Of a stretch of 64,000 bases of DNA, positions 29,462 to 39,822 are shown piece by piece. Source of the stretch: an uncultured Leptospiraceae bacterium. Lineage in GTDB: Bacteria > Spirochaetota > UBA4802 > UB4802. A program made the position numbers and the translations under genes. A model generated the notes under the pieces. That model was not told where the DNA came from. It made no database searches and worked only from the letters and a program-made list of their open reading frames with translations. How positions within the stretch are numbered: position 1 is the stretch's first letter; each line of letters opens with the position of its first letter. The stretch lies in NCBI GenBank assembly GCA_964629365.1, contig CAZVRB010000004.1, forward strand, positions 18,827 to 82,826. Direction: 5' to 3'.

Positions 29462-31792
29462 CTATTGATGCGGGTTCAGTGTAAGCTCATTTTCAAAAAC
29501 ATCATTCTTCCCTGTATCATGCCACTGTCGAAACTCAGGTGCTTCTTTCAGTAGTCCATAGTATGATGAAAAGGGATTTAAAGACATTCCCGTTCTTAGT
29601 GCATGATGGGTAATATTATTCCAGATATAGGAAGACACCACGGTAGCGTCCGAAACAGCCATGGCTGCTGTATACTTCGTCCCTCCCTTCATTATTGTAT
29701 TATCAGAACCCTGTATTTCAACCGGATCACCATGAAAAAGATATTGATATAATGAGGAATCCTCCCCCAGCATCGGAATTTCCATCATGGCATAATGTAG
29801 TCTTCCCCAATTCCACTTATCCATGTAAGGGCCCAGTGATTCATTCATAATCCGTAAAGAATGCAGGAATGCCCGGTCAAAGATCATATCACGCGTTTCA
29901 ATTTTTCTCAGTGTGCGGATATCATCAAAAAAGACTGTTCTTTCATCTTCAAGCATCCTGAAAAAACCATCCTCCACCAGGTAAAAACATGATTGCAAAT
30001 CAACTGCAAATTCCGGCATTTCATCACTGAATATTTCCTTTACCAGTTGAGAAGTGATACTGTGATAGATTGTAGCGGCCACAGAACCCTTCTTCATACG
30101 GTAATCCCAGTCATTGAAATACAACCGGGACAGCCTGGCCGAAGTAACAGGCATATTTTCAAGACGGGAAAGGTAAAAAGGTACATACTTTTGGGCCACA
30201 TCGGACCCATTATCCAGTAGAATTGCTTCTATCTCTTCGGGGACACCATGCTGCATTGTATCCAGCAGTGTTTCCATCCTGTTGAATTGTCTGCCTGCGT
30301 GCATTACTGCTGACTGCCTGAGTTGATATGGAAATGATTGTACATAATCCGAGCCGGTAACTACAATACCCATCGACGTGAAACCGCTGAGATAGAAATC
30401 ACGGTATCGTCCAGCCAGGTAAGAATGGGTACTATCCAGTATAACATCCTTACTGCCGCCTGACAGGGGAACCTTGCCTGTATGAACGGTATAATTGCCA
30501 TCAACATCCTGAAACAGAAACACCGACGGCATCATTCCTGACCCGCGAATTTTTTTCATTGCTTCAATAGTAGAACCGGCAAATGGAATTTCGAATAATG
30601 CTGCAATACTTGCCGCATCCGGGTACAGGGCATTAAGAACGACCGCCTCACTGAGCATACCTTTATCGGTATACCCGCATATCACAGGCCCCTGGTCAGT
30701 GGAGAACTGCTGGAACAGGGTGGTATTTGCTTCATCAGCATCTTTTCCCTTCTTGATTATATCCATCCTGGATAAAAAATCATGCCACCTGCTGTTTTTC
30801 AAATACTGGTACTTATCATCGATTTTTCGAATAGGTTCCCTGGAAAAAAACTGCGTATCAACCGTCAGCGAAAAGCTTACATAAGAAAATTCACTATTTA
30901 CACCTGCGTAAAAAAATGGCATGCCTGCATATGTATATCCCTGTATACGCTGATCTGCAACCTCCATTAACACCGGGTACCATGCAGGATAAAGCTTCAT
31001 GGAATGTTCATAATTAAAGGCAAGCACCGGAACTTTATCCTGTGTAAGTGATGGGGGTATGGCAAATGCAAGACCCCTCCTGCCAACCCCGAATGGACCC
31101 AGTATTTCTCTCAAAGAGTCTCTCACTTTTCTGAGATATGTCACGGCATCAACATCTTCTTTGTCATACACGAACAGCTGGGCATTGGGGAGGAAAGACC
31201 TGGACATCTCGGATCTGAACTCATCGCGTACCGGGAAATGTATCTCCCTGTTGGAAAGAAATGAATTGCTCCATTCAAGAAACAGCATAAGTGATACTAC
31301 ATCTGAGGATGTCCATGTATCATCAGGAACAGTACTTGAGATCACCAGTTCATTGAGCTTTTTATCCTTAAATTGGTTTATACCCCCTGCATACCCCTCC
31401 AGGAATCCACGGCTTTGTTCATCCAGTTCCTCAATAATGGCAGCTGCTTTATCGGGAAGGTTCAACGAACGAAGAACCCTGTCCATGTATATCTTATCTT
31501 CAGCGGTATATTCACAGTAACGTCCCCGGGCAAGCAGACGGAGCATTTCCATTGACATTATCCGGTCTTGCGCGTGAACAAAGCCAAGCGCGCAATATGC
31601 ATCACGCAAGTTGTTTGCCCGTATATGCGGGATACCCGAGCCATCACGCTGAATTTTTACCGGGGAATCAACATCAGCAGATATTGTACCTTCATAGGAG
31701 GCAGAGTCCCAAATAAAAATTACTCCTATTATGGCCGGTATTATAATAACAAGCAATACTGCACCCGGAATAACAAGATATCTTCGTTTCAC
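29462..31792 (-). CDS. penicillin acylase family (S45 Ntn-hydrolase) protein
   Basis: N-terminal TM, GIPHIRANNLRDAYCALGFVHAQDRIMSME signature, 776 aa. Confidence 0.8.
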   Translation of the reverse strand: MKRRYLVIPGAVLLVIIIPAIIGVIFIWDSASYEGTISADVDSPVKIQRDGSGIPHIRANNLRDAYCALGFVHAQDRIMSMEMLRLLARGRYCEYTAEDKIYMDRVLRSLNLPDKAAAIIEELDEQSRGFLEGYAGGINQFKDKKLNELVISSTVPDDTWTSSDVVSLMLFLEWSNSFLSNREIHFPVRDEFRSEMSRSFLPNAQLFVYDKEDVDAVTYLRKVRDSLREILGPFGVGRRGLAFAIPPSLTQDKVPVLAFNYEHSMKLYPAWYPVLMEVADQRIQGYTYAGMPFFYAGVNSEFSYVSFSLTVDTQFFSREPIRKIDDKYQYLKNSRWHDFLSRMDIIKKGKDADEANTTLFQQFSTDQGPVICGYTDKGMLSEAVVLNALYPDAASIAALFEIPFAGSTIEAMKKIRGSGMMPSVFLFQDVDGNYTVHTGKVPLSGGSKDVILDSTHSYLAGRYRDFYLSGFTSMGIVVTGSDYVQSFPYQLRQSAVMHAGRQFNRMETLLDTMQHGVPEEIEAILLDNGSDVAQKYVPFYLSRLENMPVTSARLSRLYFNDWDYRMKKGSVAATIYHSITSQLVKEIFSDEMPEFAVDLQSCFYLVEDGFFRMLEDERTVFFDDIRTLRKIETRDMIFDRAFLHSLRIMNESLGPYMDKWNWGRLHYAMMEIPMLGEDSSLYQYLFHGDPVEIQGSDNTIMKGGTKYTAAMAVSDATVVSSYIWNNITHHALRTGMSLNPFSSYYGLLKEAPEFRQWHDTGKNDVFENELTLNPHQ

Positions 31793-31829
31793 CCTGTCCC
31801 CCTCCCCTGTCTGTTACATTTTTTCAGTA

Positions 31830-33062
31830 TTAAAACGTAAACTTGAGTTTTCCCAGTCTTTCCTCAATTTCTTCAAGCACCCTTTTTTCATCATCCTCAT
31901 CATCTGCTTCGAAAGTAGCTGAGAACCGGGCGAAATGACCCGCGTCGTCCCATGGAACCGAAGAGATCAGGCATTCCTTTATCAGGAACTGGGAAAAATC
32001 TTCTGCAGTATTAAACGTTATGCCACTACTTGTTCCAGCGGGCACCTCTACATACAGGTAAAATGTACCACCGGGTAGTTCAGCTGAAAACCCCAAACGC
32101 TGGAATATTTCAACAAGTGCCTGCAGCCTGCGCCTGTATTTTTTCTTGATTTCCTCTGTAATTGCCGGGTTATCAAGGGCCACTATCCCGGCTTTCTGAA
32201 TTGCCTTGAACTGCCCTGAATCGTTGTTGTCCTTTACATTGGCAAATGCACTTACTACCAGCGGATTACCCGCAACAAATGCCATTCTCCATCCTGTCAT
32301 ATTAAACGCCTTGGATAAAGAATGTATTTCTATTCCTACTTCTTTCGCTCCTGGCACAGACAGGAATGAAAGCGGTTTTGTTTCATAGGTAAGTGCCGCG
32401 TAGGCTGCATCCTGTATGACAATAACCCTGTTCTTCCTGGCAAAATCCACAACATCCCTGTAAAATGATTCTGTTGCGGTAGCACCAGTGGGATTGTTTG
32501 GATAATTGATTACCAGTACCTTTGCACGTTTGAGTATATCATCGGGTATGGCCCCCAGGTCTGGAAGAAAGTTGTTTTCCTTGAGAAGGGGTATATTATA
32601 TATTTCCCCTCCATACCATGCAGTATGGGTGCCAAATACAGGATAGCCGGGTACAGTCATCAAGGCGACATCCCCTGGATTAATGAACGCTGAGGGCAAC
32701 ATGGCAAGTGCCGGCTTTGAACCGATGGAATGCACCACTTCATTCATGGGATCAATACCTTCAACCCCGAATACATCTCTTAAATATTTTGCCGCCGCAA
32801 CCTTGAACTCGTCGATACCGTTATCGGAGTAGCCCCGATTTTCAGGTTTCTCAGCTTCCTTCTGAAGGGCTTGAATCACAATATCATAGGCTTTATCATC
32901 GGGTTCACCAACACCCAGGTCAATAATAGACATTCCCGGGTTTTTTTCTATTGCCTCCCGTTTTGCCCTCTTGATCTTTTCAAACTTGTAGATCTTATTC
33001 TCTTTACCAAATTTTTCTCCGCCGATTCTGTCAGCAAACAGGTTCTGAATATACGACTCCAT
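31830..33062 (-). CDS. dapL: class I/II aminotransferase, likely LL-diaminopimelate aminotransferase (DapL-type)
   Basis: 410 aa. N-terminal LFADRIGGEKFGKE...YKFEKIKRAKREA is typical of proteins annotated as LL-DAP aminotransferase. PLP fold. Confidence 0.55.
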   Translation of the reverse strand: MESYIQNLFADRIGGEKFGKENKIYKFEKIKRAKREAIEKNPGMSIIDLGVGEPDDKAYDIVIQALQKEAEKPENRGYSDNGIDEFKVAAAKYLRDVFGVEGIDPMNEVVHSIGSKPALAMLPSAFINPGDVALMTVPGYPVFGTHTAWYGGEIYNIPLLKENNFLPDLGAIPDDILKRAKVLVINYPNNPTGATATESFYRDVVDFARKNRVIVIQDAAYAALTYETKPLSFLSVPGAKEVGIEIHSLSKAFNMTGWRMAFVAGNPLVVSAFANVKDNNDSGQFKAIQKAGIVALDNPAITEEIKKKYRRRLQALVEIFQRLGFSAELPGGTFYLYVEVPAGTSSGITFNTAEDFSQFLIKECLISSVPWDDAGHFARFSATFEADDEDDEKRVLEEIEERLGKLKFTF

Positions 33063-33067
33063 ATTCC

Positions 33068-33526
33068 TTATTTTTCCTCCCTTATTGAGATGTTCGCATT
33101 TAATATTTCAATCTTAGTATAGCTGTCATCCAGAAGTGTAAAAAACCTCCCGAAATCACCAACTACGTCAATTTTTGATTTACCAGGTATCAGTTTAGCA
33201 ACTGTCTTTACGTCTTCCCGATTATACCAGTCTTTTGCATACACGTAACATTCAACAGATTTCCCATTATACGGTACGGTAACCACAACGCTAAAATTAT
33301 AATCAATATTTGTTGACCCCACAACATCTTTAACCAGTACGTTCTCAAGCTTCACACGCTTCTTCTTCAATTCCTTCCTTATCAACTCAGCCCGTGCAGG
33401 ATTTTTTGCCTGGTCAATATTCTGCTTATATTCGATGGCTTTATTGACTTTCATGGTTTCTCTGAATAATCCACAACCAGTCACAAAGAGAACTGTCACA
33501 AGAACTGCTATTATACCTTTTTTCAT
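33068..33526 (-). CDS. lipoprotein, hypothetical
   Basis: GGAGGA RBS, then MKKGIIAVLVTVLFVTGC lipobox. Confidence 0.5.
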   Translation of the reverse strand: MKKGIIAVLVTVLFVTGCGLFRETMKVNKAIEYKQNIDQAKNPARAELIRKELKKKRVKLENVLVKDVVGSTNIDYNFSVVVTVPYNGKSVECYVYAKDWYNREDVKTVAKLIPGKSKIDVVGDFGRFFTLLDDSYTKIEILNANISIREEK

Positions 33527-33741
33527 CATATCCTCCAATGTTGTTTCAATTGCCGTACTTATACATGGTACCTGCACATTTATTTGTCAAATAATCTTTT
33601 CAGAATCTTCACTTTTCAGTCTAAATGTCTTTTTTTTCTTGACAGTTATAATACAATGTTTTTCTAGTAGAATTGTTGCTTCTCCATTCTCTACCATATA
33701 TATTATCTCATAACATCATCTATTCCGTGTCGGGAGGAAAA

Positions 33742-34698
33742 ATGTATCATGATCCAGTTCATATTATCGGATCTTTACTAGTGGTAGATGATGACCCAAC
33801 CATCTGTAAAATACTTACAAAGATCCTGACTGAAGACGGGCATTCTGTTGATTTCGCTTACAATGGAAAAGACGCGATAGAACTGATCAGCAAAAAAGAA
33901 TACGATATTATCGTATCCGACGTCAAGATGCCCGGTGATCTCGGCGGCATGGAACTTTTAAACGAAATAAACAACATTAAGCCGGACACTGACGTCATAG
34001 TTATAACAGGATACGGCTCCATAAACGATGCTGTTGAATTCATGAAATCAGGCGCCCTGGATTATATCGTCAAGCCGATAAATCATGACCACCTGCTTAT
34101 AGTTATTCAAAAGGCGCTTGAACGAAAACGTCTTATCAAGGCCGCACGTGAACGTGATTATTACATGAAAATTTCCCTTACAGATGCATTAACCGGCCTG
34201 TTTAACCGTAAATATTTTATGGATGCCCTTGAAAAGGAGATCCAATTATCCAGCAGAAAAGAACGTATTTGCAGTGTAATGATGCTTGATATTGATGACT
34301 TCAAGAAGGTGAATGATACACATGGACATCAACTTGGTGACAAGGTATTGCATGAATTCGCCAAGAGGGTACTGAAGGCATGCAGACGTTATGACACGGT
34401 TGCCAGATATGGAGGTGAAGAATTTTCAATAATACTTCCCGGAACCCCCATTCCCGATGCTGAAAAAGTCGCCTGCCGTATCGTATACAGCCTGGGGAAG
34501 GTCCCATTTGACGGCATAGAAAAAGGAGTTACCGCATCGATCGGCATTTCAAGTTATCCATCTCATGCTGTTGGTGTTGACGAAATGATTCGTGCGGCGG
34601 ACAAAGCCCTGTACTGGAGCAAACAGCAGGGTAAAAACAGGTATTCGGTCTACTCTGGTCAGATTGAATCCTTGTTCCAGAATGTTTCAATCAACTGA
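33742..34698 (+). CDS. response regulator receiver fused to GGDEF diguanylate cyclase (PleD-like)
   Basis: GGGAGGA RBS. REC LVVDDDPTICKIL...DVKMPG. GGDEF domain with an RYGGEEF active site. Confidence 0.8.
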   Translation: MYHDPVHIIGSLLVVDDDPTICKILTKILTEDGHSVDFAYNGKDAIELISKKEYDIIVSDVKMPGDLGGMELLNEINNIKPDTDVIVITGYGSINDAVEFMKSGALDYIVKPINHDHLLIVIQKALERKRLIKAARERDYYMKISLTDALTGLFNRKYFMDALEKEIQLSSRKERICSVMMLDIDDFKKVNDTHGHQLGDKVLHEFAKRVLKACRRYDTVARYGGEEFSIILPGTPIPDAEKVACRIVYSLGKVPFDGIEKGVTASIGISSYPSHAVGVDEMIRAADKALYWSKQQGKNRYSVYSGQIESLFQNVSIN

Positions 34699-35811
34699 CA
34701 TATCAATATCTTCTTCAACAGACTCAATACCTGCCTCCCTTTTTTTATTGGTATATGCGTCAATCAACCAGTACATTTCCCAGAAAGTGAAAAACAGTGT
34801 AAGCAGGATAGGTCCGATAATAACGCCGGGAAGCCCAAAAGCCTGGATGCTTCCAATGAGAAGAAAAAAGAAAATAAGAGGGTGAAACTTCAATTGTTCA
34901 CCAAACACAACAGGTTTCACCAGGTTTTCAAGTAACAGGTACCAGGCAAGACACCAGATAGCCACAACTGCCGCATCACCGAATTGACCCAGCGCAACCA
35001 GGTACAACACCGCGGGCACCCATACAAAAGTAGTACCTATAACCGGGATCAATGAGAATATTGCTGCGATACTCCCCCACAAAAGCGGCATACCTACTCC
35101 ACCAATAATAAACCCCACACCTACCATTGATCCCTGAAGCACCATAATTAAAAGATTACCGGCAAGAAGTATCTTGATTACCTGGCGAAGCCGGTCAATT
35201 ACATCCATCTCAATATCATCAGGGAATGGAAGAATCCTGTAAAAAGGCTCTTCAAGTCGATACCCGTCCTTGAATAGAAAGAACAGTATCAATAACATAA
35301 AAAAGAAATCCAGGGCGAATTTTATAGAAAAGGAAAGCAGACCGGTAAGATTTGAAAAGAAATTAAGTGACATTCTTTGCAGGTATGCCACTATCTTTTG
35401 CATTATTTCTGTTTCTGATATATTCAAAATCCCAATCAGCTCTTGTGCCATGTCACTTTTATGCAGCAATTGCTGAAAAACAAGAGGATCAAATGATTGC
35501 TGCAGAAAAAGATAAAACGCGTATGTCTGGTTTGCAAGTGCAACCAGTAGAATAAAGAGCGGTATAAGAATAACAGCGATGAGGAAAATTATCAACACTG
35601 TTGAGCAAAGAAGCCTGATTTTAAGATATTTTAAAATATAATCCAGAAGTGGCTTTAAACCCATATAGAATATAATGGCAAAAAGGAAAGGCCAGAAATA
35701 ATAGCGGAAAATATACCCGAGACTGGCAATTACGATTAAAAATAATACCAGGAATAGTATTTTTAGTCTTCTATTTTCAGAAACGGTAAAATATGATTCT
35801 CTTTGTTCCAT
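34687..35811 (-). CDS. AI-2E family transporter (UPF0118/PerM)
   Basis: 8-TM protein with the conserved C-terminal LIGSIQAFGLPGVIIGPIL motif. Confidence 0.8.
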   Translation of the reverse strand: MEQRESYFTVSENRRLKILFLVLFLIVIASLGYIFRYYFWPFLFAIIFYMGLKPLLDYILKYLKIRLLCSTVLIIFLIAVILIPLFILLVALANQTYAFYLFLQQSFDPLVFQQLLHKSDMAQELIGILNISETEIMQKIVAYLQRMSLNFFSNLTGLLSFSIKFALDFFFMLLILFFLFKDGYRLEEPFYRILPFPDDIEMDVIDRLRQVIKILLAGNLLIMVLQGSMVGVGFIIGGVGMPLLWGSIAAIFSLIPVIGTTFVWVPAVLYLVALGQFGDAAVVAIWCLAWYLLLENLVKPVVFGEQLKFHPLIFFFLLIGSIQAFGLPGVIIGPILLTLFFTFWEMYWLIDAYTNKKREAGIESVEEDIDMSVD

Positions 35812-35887
35812 AGTGTTTAGTTGTAATCGGCCTGAGCAAAGCTCAGGCCGATTCGCAATGGGTCTTATCAGCTAACCTCTACTGCGA

Positions 35888-36076
35888 TTACTTGGTGAGA
35901 TAGTGAGATAAATCAGTTGCAATTCTGTTAATGGCATGATCCAGGTATGCTTCATCAGATATCTTTTCCCGATATTCCCTGACCTTTCCAGATATGCCTT
36001 CACCTGGTCTGTTTTTTATCTCACGATCATCCTTGTTCATGAGACGTTTCATATAGTTACCCCTTATTTCGGTCAC
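35888..36076 (-). CDS. small charged hypothetical protein
   Basis: 62 aa ORF only. No family recognised. Confidence 0.2.
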   Translation of the reverse strand: MTEIRGNYMKRLMNKDDREIKNRPGEGISGKVREYREKISDEAYLDHAINRIATDLSHYLTK

Positions 36077-36195
36077 CTGTCCCTCCTTGAACAGGTTAGC
36101 TGACCTGATTAATGGATCGGTAAAAGGGGGCTTGTTATTTAACGATTCTTATAAATTCGTGGAAAAATATGCAAAGGATGGGGATAAAAACCAGG

Positions 36196-36567
36196 TTATC
36201 TCACAATATCCTGTATCCATTGCACAGTTCCTTCATTTATGGTGATAAGGTCAAATCTGCATGTGATTTCAGCTTTATCATACCGTGGATATTGTATAAG
36301 AAAATGCCTTGCCACAGTCCGCAGTGTCTTCTTTTTTCGTGCAGATATGGCGTATTCTCCGCCACCATAGGCATTGCCGCTTCTGGCCTTTACTTCCACG
36401 AATGCTACCAGCAAATCCCGTACTGCGACAATGTCAAGCTCACCATACCTGCCATACCTGAAATTCCTGGCAATAATTGTAAATCCCTTCTCAACCAGGA
36501 AATGGCATGCGGTTTCTTCACCCGCATTCCCATGAAGTATATTAGACTGGTTTTTTTTCGAGGACAT
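36196..36567 (-). CDS. YraN-family (UPF0102) endonuclease-fold protein
   Basis: GNAGEETACHFLVEKGFTIIARNFR...GELDIV...FVEVKAR. Confidence 0.7.
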   Translation of the reverse strand: MSSKKNQSNILHGNAGEETACHFLVEKGFTIIARNFRYGRYGELDIVAVRDLLVAFVEVKARSGNAYGGGEYAISARKKKTLRTVARHFLIQYPRYDKAEITCRFDLITINEGTVQWIQDIVR

Positions 36568-36570
36568 TGA

Positions 36571-37761
36571 TTACAACACGTCAAACAGGTTAACGCCCAC
36601 TTCTGATTCATCCATGGCGCGGGTGATATACAAAGAAGACTCTTCAAGCAGATTAATTATGAGGGTCTCTTCAATAGGGTTTTTTTCGCTGTCAAAGATT
36701 AATTTTACCAGGGGCCTGAGCGGCTTCTGCGGCACCGAACCAACAACAATACCTACACTATTATCATTAAGCTCCACTATGGATCCAATTGGGTATACAG
36801 ACATCCTTGAAAGGAAAACGCGCAGAATAACAGGATCAAACCTGTTAATGCCGCTTGAAAGAAGATTTTTCATGGCATGATAAAAGAACAGCCGTTTTCT
36901 ATAGCTTCTGCTGGCAATCTGTGCCTCATACGAATCAGAGATAGAGGCAATTCTTGCGTATTCATCGATTTGTGTACCTTTAAGCCCCCTTGGATATCCC
37001 TTTCCATCGAATTGTTCGTGATGCTGCAGGCAAATATTGGCACTTTTTTCGGGGACTTTCCCAAGCTGTCGAAGGGCCCTGTAACCCAGTAGCGGATGAG
37101 TTTTTATCTGGTTAAACTCATGATCAGTAAGGTTTGACTGCTTATGTATTATGTATGCCGGCATTTTTACCATCCCGGCATCGATCAGCATTGTTCCCAG
37201 GCCCAATTCACGCAGCTTTACCGGTGTGTACTTTAATGCCATCCCTATAAGAAGTGAATAAAAAGTAACATTCACGGAATGAACTACAAGATAATTTTTT
37301 CCTTCGTCAAGACCATACAGAAAAAGGAATATATTTTTATTCTCTTTCATGAGATCAATAATCTTTGAAAGTGAAACTTCTATCTGGTCGGTTGTGAATA
37401 TTTCTTCAGCCTTAATTGAATTGTACACATTGGTTATTGCATCACATGCTTCCTTATGTACTTCAATAAGCGCTCTTCTCTTGGTAAGCAGAACATTGTA
37501 TTCTTCTAAAATCTTTCGTGCATCTTCACTTGACTGCCCTGATGATTTTACCGCAGCCGCCTGCAGCTCATTGTCAGTTGAAAGCAGGTTTCCCGAAGTT
37601 TCAACTTCACTTATTCCCCACCGCATAAGCTTCTTGATATCATCTGTTTTGATGCTGATATTGGCTGATACCAGCATATTGTTTTTATCAATATATACTG
37701 GCTTATCAAACCGCATACCCGGTTTCAACTCTTCAACTGGTATCTTCCTCATTTCCGCCAT
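36571..37761 (-). CDS. HD-GYP domain phosphodiesterase
   Basis: HD motif plus HHEQFDGKGYPRGL. Confidence 0.8.
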   Translation of the reverse strand: MAEMRKIPVEELKPGMRFDKPVYIDKNNMLVSANISIKTDDIKKLMRWGISEVETSGNLLSTDNELQAAAVKSSGQSSEDARKILEEYNVLLTKRRALIEVHKEACDAITNVYNSIKAEEIFTTDQIEVSLSKIIDLMKENKNIFLFLYGLDEGKNYLVVHSVNVTFYSLLIGMALKYTPVKLRELGLGTMLIDAGMVKMPAYIIHKQSNLTDHEFNQIKTHPLLGYRALRQLGKVPEKSANICLQHHEQFDGKGYPRGLKGTQIDEYARIASISDSYEAQIASRSYRKRLFFYHAMKNLLSSGINRFDPVILRVFLSRMSVYPIGSIVELNDNSVGIVVGSVPQKPLRPLVKLIFDSEKNPIEETLIINLLEESSLYITRAMDESEVGVNLFDVL

Positions 37762-37783
37762 ATTCTCCGGTTACCTGTTTACA

Positions 37784-38056
37784 CTATTCAATCTTTTGCC
37801 TGAAACTTTCATTAACCCTGTAACAATAGGCAAGAACCTCGGCCATCGCAGTAAATAGATGTTCCGGGATATCCGTGCCCGGTTCTAATTCAGCAAGGAC
37901 CTCGGCAAGATCTTTATCATTATAAATTGTTATATTATGTTCACTGGCAACTTCTAATAGTTTTTCTGCCAGGATTCCTTTTCCAGCAGCAATTATACTG
38001 GGAATGGTGCCTTTCCCATCATATTCTATTGCTGCTGCTTTTTTTTCTTCTTTCAT
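37784..38056 (-). CDS. FlhB/EscU C-terminal-domain-like small protein (YlqH-type)
   Basis: 90 aa, AAAIEYD...IPSIIAAGKG...AEKLLEVASEHNITIYNDKDLAEVL resembles the FlhB cytoplasmic domain. Confidence 0.7.
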   Translation of the reverse strand: MKEEKKAAAIEYDGKGTIPSIIAAGKGILAEKLLEVASEHNITIYNDKDLAEVLAELEPGTDIPEHLFTAMAEVLAYCYRVNESFRQKIE

Positions 38057-38058
38057 AA

Positions 38059-39144
38059 TTACACTGTTATGTCAATACCAATAGTAAAAAGCAGGTTTTG
38101 ATTAATTGCAATAATTTTTTGTTTTATTTCGTCCGGGCCAAAAAACCAGATTTCTATCTTTTTTTGCAACCTGTCAGCCAGGGTTTGGGCAAGCTCCTCC
38201 TGGCTGCTTCGCAGCATATTCATGCCCTCATGTTCATGACAATAAAAATTGACCTTAATCCTTTCACTAACAGAATTGATCAATACTTCCACGCGTCCTG
38301 TTGCCGACATGTCGACACTCACCAGAATAGTATCTTCATTAAGTACAATCCTGGCAGGTGTAAAGTTTTCATCATCAAATACCGGCAACTCCTTTAAAGC
38401 AGCACCGTTTATTTCCTCTCCATCTCCTGCCAGCAGTTCATATATCATTGAGACAAGAACCTTCGCATCAGGGTCATTTTTCAGCACATCAAACACCTTT
38501 CCCACAGCCTGTTCCATGCGGTGGGAATCCAGCTTCCAACGACCCTTTTCTTCCAAATACTGCTTTTGAAAGAACTGCCTGAATAGTACATTCAATATCT
38601 CTGTAAGTATACTCATATTTCTCGAAAAAAGGAAAGAAAAAACAGCACAATCCTGGGGACTCACCCCCTTTTTAAGTAATATATTGAGCAGGCTTGAAAG
38701 TGAGCTCTTTGAAACAGCTTTAGCTGAAATCAATTCATGCAGCAACCTGTTTAAAATATACAGCGATTCAACCTTCCCTGTTGAAGAGTTAATCTTGTCT
38801 CCTAGAGAATGAAGAAGTGAATCCGAGATCAGATCCCTGTGAAACACGGATACATCCGCGATATATTCCCGCAGGGCTGATTTACCTTGCCCATGTTCAA
38901 TCCTGAACACGTACCTGTCTCCCTGAGCCTTTTCAAGAAGTAATTTCATCCTGTTCACATCGGGCACACCGTCTTTGAAGGTGGCATCAATTTTACTCCC
39001 CCTGATATCCAGGAGTGCCCTGTGTGGCCCCTGTCTTCTTACCACTGAAGCCATAACCGTCTGCCCAACCTTCAACCGTGAAAGTGCCTGGCCGCCGGTT
39101 TCGGATTTTTGTACATGCGATCCGGTTACTTTATTAATTTTCAT
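38059..39144 (-). CDS. hypothetical protein (YlqG-like, rnhB-linked)
   Basis: ORF overlaps rnhB's 3' end by 11 nt (start MKINKV). No motif recognised. Confidence 0.45.
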   Translation of the reverse strand: MKINKVTGSHVQKSETGGQALSRLKVGQTVMASVVRRQGPHRALLDIRGSKIDATFKDGVPDVNRMKLLLEKAQGDRYVFRIEHGQGKSALREYIADVSVFHRDLISDSLLHSLGDKINSSTGKVESLYILNRLLHELISAKAVSKSSLSSLLNILLKKGVSPQDCAVFSFLFSRNMSILTEILNVLFRQFFQKQYLEEKGRWKLDSHRMEQAVGKVFDVLKNDPDAKVLVSMIYELLAGDGEEINGAALKELPVFDDENFTPARIVLNEDTILVSVDMSATGRVEVLINSVSERIKVNFYCHEHEGMNMLRSSQEELAQTLADRLQKKIEIWFFGPDEIKQKIIAINQNLLFTIGIDITV

Positions 39145-39808
39145 TTTCGAAAAGGGTAAAGGGATAATGGAGCATGCTGGCAAGGGGCTCATACGATCTG
39201 CGATGTACCGGTGTTGGCCCCCTGTCCATCAATATCTGGCGATGTGCCAGGGTTCCATATCCCATGTGTTCTCCAAATTTATATCCAGGATATATATGTT
39301 CGTATCCGGCTACATGTGTATCCCGGGTCACTTTTGCAAGAATTGATGCTGAAGCTACACTCAATGATTTTGAATCACCCTTCTTTACTGAAAGATACGG
39401 CAGGGGAAGTGAAAAACGAAATGAACCATCCAGAATTATAAAATCCAGTGCCACGGTGGCCCTCCGTATCAGTTCCTGTATACCGTATTCGGTAGCCCCG
39501 TTAATATTATACCTGTCTATAATGTCAGGTGACACGAATACACAATCATACCACAGGGCATTATTTTTTACCAGTTCAAGAACACCGGCACGTTTTTGTT
39601 TAGCTACTTTTTTCGAATCGTTTATTCCGGCAAGATTTACGGCTGGGGAAGTGAACAGACTTTTATCATACACTACCAGGGCCACAGCCAGCGGCCCTGC
39701 CAGGGCGCCGCGTCCTGCTTCATCAATTCCTCCAATAAAACTACGGCCATTATCACGGCATTGCAGTTCGATAGAAAAATCCGGCAGGCTTTGCGGCGAA
39801 ATATTCAC
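39134..39808 (-). CDS. rnhB: ribonuclease HII
   Basis: IGGIDEAGRGALAGPLAVALVV active site. Confidence 0.9.
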   Translation of the reverse strand: MNISPQSLPDFSIELQCRDNGRSFIGGIDEAGRGALAGPLAVALVVYDKSLFTSPAVNLAGINDSKKVAKQKRAGVLELVKNNALWYDCVFVSPDIIDRYNINGATEYGIQELIRRATVALDFIILDGSFRFSLPLPYLSVKKGDSKSLSVASASILAKVTRDTHVAGYEHIYPGYKFGEHMGYGTLAHRQILMDRGPTPVHRRSYEPLASMLHYPFTLFENEN

Positions 39809-39822
39809 TGCATTGACTACTG

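Noticed and set aside
35829-35850. Hairpin GGCCTGAGC-AAA-GCTCAGGCC upstream of the AI-2E gene as a terminator
   Set aside because: No flanking T- or A-run on either strand. It could be a regulatory or processing hairpin, but I cannot support a terminator call.
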